Shown here one piece after another: positions 24,896-29,817 of a stretch of 29,817 nt of DNA. Numbering within the stretch: the first letter of the stretch is position 1; each line of letters begins with the position of its first letter. The DNA lies in contig JBGQMY010000017.1 in NCBI GenBank assembly GCA_041500865.1, positions 1 to 29,817 on the forward strand, written 5' to 3'. This DNA comes from Candidatus Micrarchaeia archaeon (lineage in GTDB: Archaea; Micrarchaeota; Micrarchaeia; Anstonellales; J096). Position numbers and translations under genes: made by a program. Below the pieces are notes generated by a model that saw only the letters and a list, made by a program, of their open reading frames with translations, was not told the origin of the DNA and made no database searches.

Positions 24896-26131
24896 TCACC
24901 TTGTGCTCCATTTTTTCTCCTTGCCAGTCAGCTCCATATAGAGGCTGGTGACCCAGATGTAGGGCCAGATGTACCCGAAGACGAACAGGTACACGAACAT
25001 CTCCGGTGCCTCCCTGAACAGGCTTATAGGCTTCTGTTTGGCATAAGACCTTATATTGTTTACCGTGTACATGAGCCAGACCGCGGTTATTATCACCATG
25101 CAGGCCGTCACTATTATTATCGGGTCGGAAACGTATCCGTAGGCAAAATTGGACAGCCCTATCCTGTCGCTCCAGTAGGCCTGCGGCTTGATAAACCCGT
25201 ACAGTATGCTGCTGATGAGTATTATGGACGGGATGAAGACGAGCAAATCAGTCATCATGCCGAAAAACAGGAAGTCGCCGTAATCCAGGCTGAACAGGTC
25301 CTTGTGCTTTATCCTGTTCCATATGCCGCCCCTCACCCACCTTATCCTCTGCTTCACCAGCAGATCCAGCCTGGGCATAGCGGCAGTGTAGACAAAGGCG
25401 TCAAGCGCGCACATTAATTTATAACCATTCTTCTGGAGCTTGAGCGCGACCTCCTGGTCCTCAGTCAGGCTTTGAGGGTCAAAGCCGCCTATCTCCCTCA
25501 TTGCGGATTTCCTGAACATGCTCAGGCCTCCCGGCGTCACGTATATTGAATTTATGGTCATCATCAGCCTCCTTAGGAACAGTATGGAATCGTACTCAAA
25601 GGCCTGCACCTTCTCCAGTATGTTCTTCGGGTTTCTTACCCTTATCGCGGCGGCGACCCCGCCGACGTCTTTGTCCGCGAAATAATATGCCAGCTTCCTG
25701 AACGAGTCATTTTCAACTACGGAATCCGAGTCAAGCGTGGCGACCAGCTCGCCTTTTGCCAAGCCTATGCCGACGTTCTTTGAATCTGACGCCCCCGTGT
25801 TCTTTTCCTTTTTGACTGCCCTGAAGCCGTATTTTTCATATCCCCTGGCTATTTCGTAGCTGTTGTCCTTGGAGCAGTCGTCCACTATCAGGACCTCAAG
25901 CTTTTCCTTGGGGTAATCGGATTTGAGGATAGCATCCAGCCCGAGCCTCAGGGACTCGCCCTCGTTGTAGACCGGGATGACCACGGAAAGCGTCGGGAGC
26001 TCCCTGTCCGCCAGCTCCTTTGGCTTGAAATGCACGCCCCTGTGCTTTAGCGCAAAAAGGACGATGAATGTTATTGTAAGGTAAAGCAGTATGAACGCCG
26101 ACACGTATATCAGCGCCATTATGGTTTCCAT
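24896..26131 (-). CDS. Processive GT2 glycosyltransferase (PgaC/IcaA/cellulose-synthase-like)
   Basis: VIPVYNE, VDDCSKD, LDSD, TED and QRIRW (D,D,D,QxxRW); N- and C-terminal TM helices. Confidence 0.92.
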   Translation of the reverse strand: METIMALIYVSAFILLYLTITFIVLFALKHRGVHFKPKELADRELPTLSVVIPVYNEGESLRLGLDAILKSDYPKEKLEVLIVDDCSKDNSYEIARGYEKYGFRAVKKEKNTGASDSKNVGIGLAKGELVATLDSDSVVENDSFRKLAYYFADKDVGGVAAAIRVRNPKNILEKVQAFEYDSILFLRRLMMTINSIYVTPGGLSMFRKSAMREIGGFDPQSLTEDQEVALKLQKNGYKLMCALDAFVYTAAMPRLDLLVKQRIRWVRGGIWNRIKHKDLFSLDYGDFLFFGMMTDLLVFIPSIILISSILYGFIKPQAYWSDRIGLSNFAYGYVSDPIIIVTACMVIITAVWLMYTVNNIRSYAKQKPISLFREAPEMFVYLFVFGYIWPYIWVTSLYMELTGKEKKWSTR

Positions 26132-26193
26132 CCCTTGCCTATCCTCGGCATGGTTTTTAAACGTTGATTTTTGGGCATCTCACGCCGGCGCTG

Positions 26194-26226
26194 TTTTTAA
26201 CACCTTTGCCGCACAATAAAGCCATG
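26194..26226 (+). promoter_or_regulatory. Extended promoter motif TTTTTAAC-NNCTTT-N4-CACAA-N7-ATG
   Basis: Ungapped match to 1003-1035 and 6421-6453. Confidence 0.6.
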
Positions 26227-27003
26227 GAGCAGCGGAAAAAGGCCGGCGATTCCGGAACCAAAAAAGGCATGTCCAGAGTAAGGGCGTTTCTCCACAAGTT
26301 GAAGTCAGAGGCGTCAAAAAGGCTTATCAGCAAAAAGGACAAGGAGAGGCTGAACAGCCTGCTAATCAAGGCAGCCGAGAACGGCAGGACAAAGACGGTT
26401 GAAAGGCTTCTGAAGCTTGGCGCGGATGTCAACGGAACGGACAAATTCCGCATGACTGCGCTCAATGTAGCAGCATTGAACGGGCAGACGGAAATATGCA
26501 GGCTGCTGATAGAGATGGGGGCGGACGCAAATGCGAGGAATCCCGCCAGCGTGACTCCGGTCTTGCTTGCCGCGCAGAACGGGCATATCAAAACCTGCGC
26601 CCTGTTCCTAGAAAAAGGCGCAGACGTCAACGAAATGGACAATGACGGCAGGACCGCGCTCATGTATGCAGCATGGAACGGGTATATCGAGGTCTGCGCG
26701 TTCCTGATGGCAAAAGGCGCGGACGTCAATGCAAAAGGCAGAGGAAGCGAGACTGCGCTCATGTTTGCTGCGCAGAACGAATACGCCCAAATCTGCGGTC
26801 TCCTGCTAAGGCATGGCGCGGACGTTTTTGCAAAAGACAGATTTCGCAGGACCGCGCTTGACCTGGTATGGTCTTCGTCGGCGCCCCGCGGAATGTCCTT
26901 CAAGCAAGCTGCGATACGGCATGCCCTTATTGTTGAGTATGCTAAGGTAGTAATAGGCAAGTCCGAACCGTTCCTTTCCAGCTTACGCGCGTGCATCGGC
27001 TGA
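26224..27003 (+). CDS. Ankyrin-repeat protein with basic N-terminal extension and F-x3-LRxC tail
   Basis: About five LLxxGADVN/TALMYAA repeats; ATG 26224 chosen from TATA spacing. Confidence 0.9.
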   Translation: MEQRKKAGDSGTKKGMSRVRAFLHKLKSEASKRLISKKDKERLNSLLIKAAENGRTKTVERLLKLGADVNGTDKFRMTALNVAALNGQTEICRLLIEMGADANARNPASVTPVLLAAQNGHIKTCALFLEKGADVNEMDNDGRTALMYAAWNGYIEVCAFLMAKGADVNAKGRGSETALMFAAQNEYAQICGLLLRHGADVFAKDRFRRTALDLVWSSSAPRGMSFKQAAIRHALIVEYAKVVIGKSEPFLSSLRACIG

Positions 27004-27064
27004 CGGCCCCAATCCTTGGGCCATTAACTAAATCCTTTTTAACCCTTTGCAGAGCAATGTGAGC

Positions 27065-27592
27065 ATGGACGTTGCCGGAGTCATAGAATTGATAAACAAG
27101 GGGAAGCCTGAGGCGGCGGAATCCATCATTGACGAAACGATAAAGCTCAACGGCTCAAACCCAGACGCCTGGTATGCAAAGGGCCTGCTGTCAGTCTCAA
27201 GGCAGAATTACGAGAACGCAATCGAATTCCTGCTGAAATCAAAAAGCTTCGGCAAAAAGGGGGACGACCTGACAAGGGCGCTCGGATACTCGTTCTTCTC
27301 AATGTTCAAATTGGACGAGGCGATATCCTACTTCTCGGAACTCAAGAAAAAGGCGGCTGACGACTACTTCATGATGGGCATTGCTTATTTACTGATAAAC
27401 GACCCAGTGTCCTCAAAGGAATACATCCACACGGCATACAACATGGACGCAGCAAAGACAAAGGAGCTGCTCAAGCTGTTCTACGTCGCCTTCATCCATC
27501 CCTCGGATGAGGTGAGCGAGAACGCGAAAAAGGAGCTTATAACAAAGATAAACTCGCTTGCAAGGGGCGCGACGCTTGGAAAAGGAAAGTAG
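27065..27592 (+). CDS. Tetratricopeptide-repeat protein
   Basis: NPDAWYAKGL...YENAIEFL, ALGYSFF...DEAISYF and YFMMGIAY TPR patterns. Confidence 0.8.
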   Translation: MDVAGVIELINKGKPEAAESIIDETIKLNGSNPDAWYAKGLLSVSRQNYENAIEFLLKSKSFGKKGDDLTRALGYSFFSMFKLDEAISYFSELKKKAADDYFMMGIAYLLINDPVSSKEYIHTAYNMDAAKTKELLKLFYVAFIHPSDEVSENAKKELITKINSLARGATLGKGK

Positions 27593-28108
27593 TCACTTTG
27601 CCTTCCTGTAATACCTTCTCACGTCCCCTTCGGACCACGTTTTTGCGCCATCCATTGAAATGCCAATGGACTCGGCCGCCTTCCTTATGCCGTCTACGCT
27701 CGGCGCCTCTATCTCCAGGAAAGTGGGCATGTCCTTTATCGTGTCTATCTCAAAGTGCGTTTCCCCTATTGAATAGGTTATCCTGTGCTTCGTCCTTCTG
27801 ACGGTCTCAATATAGCCCAGGGACCTCAGTATGAGCTTCATCTCGCCGAAATCGCTGACCACGCTCTCGTACTCTTCCATGACCTTAGCTTCCGTGCTGC
27901 TTATCTTCCTTTTTAGCGTTATCTCGGAGCCTGGGCCCCTTCTCCTCAGCCTCAGCACCATGCCCTTCCTTTTCAGATGGCGCTTTGGCGTGTCAAAATA
28001 TGACGCAACGATTTCGCCCTCAAACGTCTTCCTCGCGCCAAGCGATTCAAGCTTCCGGATTACGCCTTCCTTGTCTATCTCAAGGAACTTTGCCTCTATT
28101 TCTTTCAT
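27593..28108 (-). CDS. cyaB: CYTH-domain protein (class IV adenylate cyclase / triphosphatase family)
   Basis: MKEIEAKF (ExExK), YFD, LRLR, ITLK, KHRITY and FLEIE. Confidence 0.9.
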   Translation of the reverse strand: MKEIEAKFLEIDKEGVIRKLESLGARKTFEGEIVASYFDTPKRHLKRKGMVLRLRRRGPGSEITLKRKISSTEAKVMEEYESVVSDFGEMKLILRSLGYIETVRRTKHRITYSIGETHFEIDTIKDMPTFLEIEAPSVDGIRKAAESIGISMDGAKTWSEGDVRRYYRKAK

Positions 28109-28208
28109 ACTTTCATTAGGCATGAACTGCTTAAAAACAAGAGCCCGCGCCCATAGCATTGGGCTTTCTTGCGTGCTCGAGGCTTGGCTAGCGCAGCAAA
28201 GGCTTCAA

Positions 28209-29600
28209 TCAGATAAAGCTGGATGGCACAGGCTCCCTTATCCTTCTGATTTTTTTCATGGCGCCTTGCGTGGGAATCACCTTCATGAACCTTTTGGCGT
28301 CCCTGATTCCTACGTGTCTGCCTTCCTTGTCCCTTTCCTTGAACCAGCTTACGCACGGGATGCAGGAGTTCGCCCTGTCTCCCCTTCTTGCCGCAGCCAT
28401 CATGCCGCGCGCATCCTCCTTCATCTGCCTCGTTATTTCATTGATGTTGCCCTGATTCGCATCCTTCAATGAACCAATTTTCATGAAATTGGAGACCATG
28501 TGGCAGCAGCCAGGCACGATTGAGCCGTCAGGCATGAGCCCGAACTCCGTGTTCTTGCATATGTTCCCCCTTGAGTCCCACCTGACCACGACTATTTGGC
28601 TGTCCTTGCTGGCATTGCCAAAATAGTCCTCTATCGCTTGCCCCATTCTTTCCCTGCTTATTGCCATCCGGCCCATGTAGTGTATCCCCCTTTTGCAGTG
28701 TATGCCGGTCGGCAGTTTCATCGCGTCATCACGACTTATGCCAAAGCCCGCAAGCAGGTCTGCAAGCATCTTTCCCATTTCGGACGACAAATCCCTCTTC
28801 CATCCGCCGTTCCTGAGCACGGACGGGAAGCCGCAGAGGCGCGGGCCTGTCCTTATGCCGCTTTCAACGAAGAACTTCAGCGTGCGCCCCGCACGTTCCA
28901 TATCGTCCATGAAACTCCTGACGCTCAGCGTTATGAGGAGCCTTTCCTTGTCAAAATCGCCAAGCCTCGCAAGCTTTTCACATGCCTTCATCTCCGCCTG
29001 CGACCTGATGCCGGACGTAACTATGCCGACTCTTATATGCGGGAACATTTCAAGCACAAGCCTCACGGCGTCTCCAATGCCCTTTCCTTTGTCGCTATAA
29101 ATCAGCGGCTCACCGTAGCTGAAGACCAGCTCCGTTTTCGGAAATATCAGTCCAAGGTAGCGCTCAAAGTCATTGAACGGCATCTGTTTCAGCGTCATGT
29201 CTGCCAGAACTCCGCAATGCAGGCATCCCCTGTTGCATTTTTCAGTGATACCAACCATGCGTATCGGGAGTTTTTGCATCCCTGATTTGGCTTCAGCGTA
29301 CCACGCGCGCCTTCTTGCCTCTTTCAGCCTTGCCTCAAGGATTCTTTTCGCCTGCAGGCGCCCTTCAAGGGCATTCGTAATATTAATTATCTTCCTGCGC
29401 TGCCATTCCGGGAGCGCGGAAAAGAGCGCTGCCATCTTTTCCTGGTCTCTGCCTTCGGCAAGCGCGGCAAGCACCTTGTGCGCGGCAGAGCCCCATGGCT
29501 CGTATGCGATGCCGTCGCAAAAAAGCGAGGCAAGCGTTTCAGCCGGCACGCCCTTGTAAACGAGCGGCAGGTTCTTTGTCATATCGCTCTGTTTGTCCAT
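28209..29600 (-). CDS. Radical SAM protein with N-terminal extension and C-terminal Cys cluster (SPASM/twitch-like)
   Basis: ITEKCNRGCLHC (Cx3Cx2C), SYGEPL, IVTSG; C-terminal C...LMPDGSIVPGCC...SCIPC. Start is 29600 or 29582. Confidence 0.85.
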   Translation of the reverse strand: MDKQSDMTKNLPLVYKGVPAETLASLFCDGIAYEPWGSAAHKVLAALAEGRDQEKMAALFSALPEWQRRKIINITNALEGRLQAKRILEARLKEARRRAWYAEAKSGMQKLPIRMVGITEKCNRGCLHCGVLADMTLKQMPFNDFERYLGLIFPKTELVFSYGEPLIYSDKGKGIGDAVRLVLEMFPHIRVGIVTSGIRSQAEMKACEKLARLGDFDKERLLITLSVRSFMDDMERAGRTLKFFVESGIRTGPRLCGFPSVLRNGGWKRDLSSEMGKMLADLLAGFGISRDDAMKLPTGIHCKRGIHYMGRMAISRERMGQAIEDYFGNASKDSQIVVVRWDSRGNICKNTEFGLMPDGSIVPGCCHMVSNFMKIGSLKDANQGNINEITRQMKEDARGMMAAARRGDRANSCIPCVSWFKERDKEGRHVGIRDAKRFMKVIPTQGAMKKIRRIREPVPSSFI

Positions 29601-29817
29601 TGTTTTTTCACAGCCTTGGCAAAGGGGTTGCGGGATTGCTTTAGCACTGTTCCCCTGCATTGGAAGTTGAGCCTTTTGACATCTTCGTCGGTTGGCAGCA
29701 GGCTTTTGAACCTTTCAGAGTCCCTTATGCCTATCCTTCCGCTTGTTTTTTTGCCCATTTTTATGAACCAGTCAATGCATGGGACGCATGACTTCCTTTT
29801 CTCCCAGCCGCTTTGCG
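29579..29817 (-). CDS. C-terminal end of a paralogous radical SAM protein (5' part outside the window)
   Basis: Hand translation ...KSCVPCIDWF...IGIRDSERFKSLLPT...AI* matches NSCIPCVSWF...VGIRDAKRFMKVIPT of the downstream gene. Confidence 0.8.
   Translation of the reverse strand, partial: QSGWEKRKSCVPCIDWFIKMGKKTSGRIGIRDSERFKSLLPTDEDVKRLNFQCRGTVLKQSRNPFAKAVKKQWTNRAI

Overview
Archaeal chromosomal segment, probably DPANN and Micrarchaeota-like. That placement is inferred from archaeal informational genes, TTTTTAA TATA boxes about 22-26 nt before start codons, FGC-type lipoproteins and ankyrin genes. The core is a contiguous 15-gene superoperon (9099-16473): rpl44e, rps27e, aIF2alpha, nop10, PAC2, SBDS, rrp4, rrp41, rrp42, rpl37ae, rpoP, Brix, pcc1, pfdB, DHH. 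Fibrillarin and AMP phosphorylase lie outside it. The most striking element is a 4.7-kb integrase-free islet (19028-23723) bounded by a 29-bp direct repeat that duplicates the 3' end of the AMP phosphorylase gene. It carries pta-ackA-acpS converging on thiolase-DUF35-ACP, a candidate carrier-protein-dependent acetyl-transfer/ATP-conserving module with a basic, non-canonical (KSM) ACP. Other notable items: a ~120-bp 'empty' remnant of an ankyrin-family gene (promoter, N-terminus and C-terminus only), a shared extended promoter motif before orphan genes, a cysteine-free RpoP, an AT-rich ankyrin lipoprotein, Cys-rich repeat and Ig/InlB-repeat surface proteins, a GT2 synthase paired with a thioredoxin-like protein, and tandem radical SAM paralogs. 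No rRNA, tRNA, CRISPR array, integrase or transposase was recognised.
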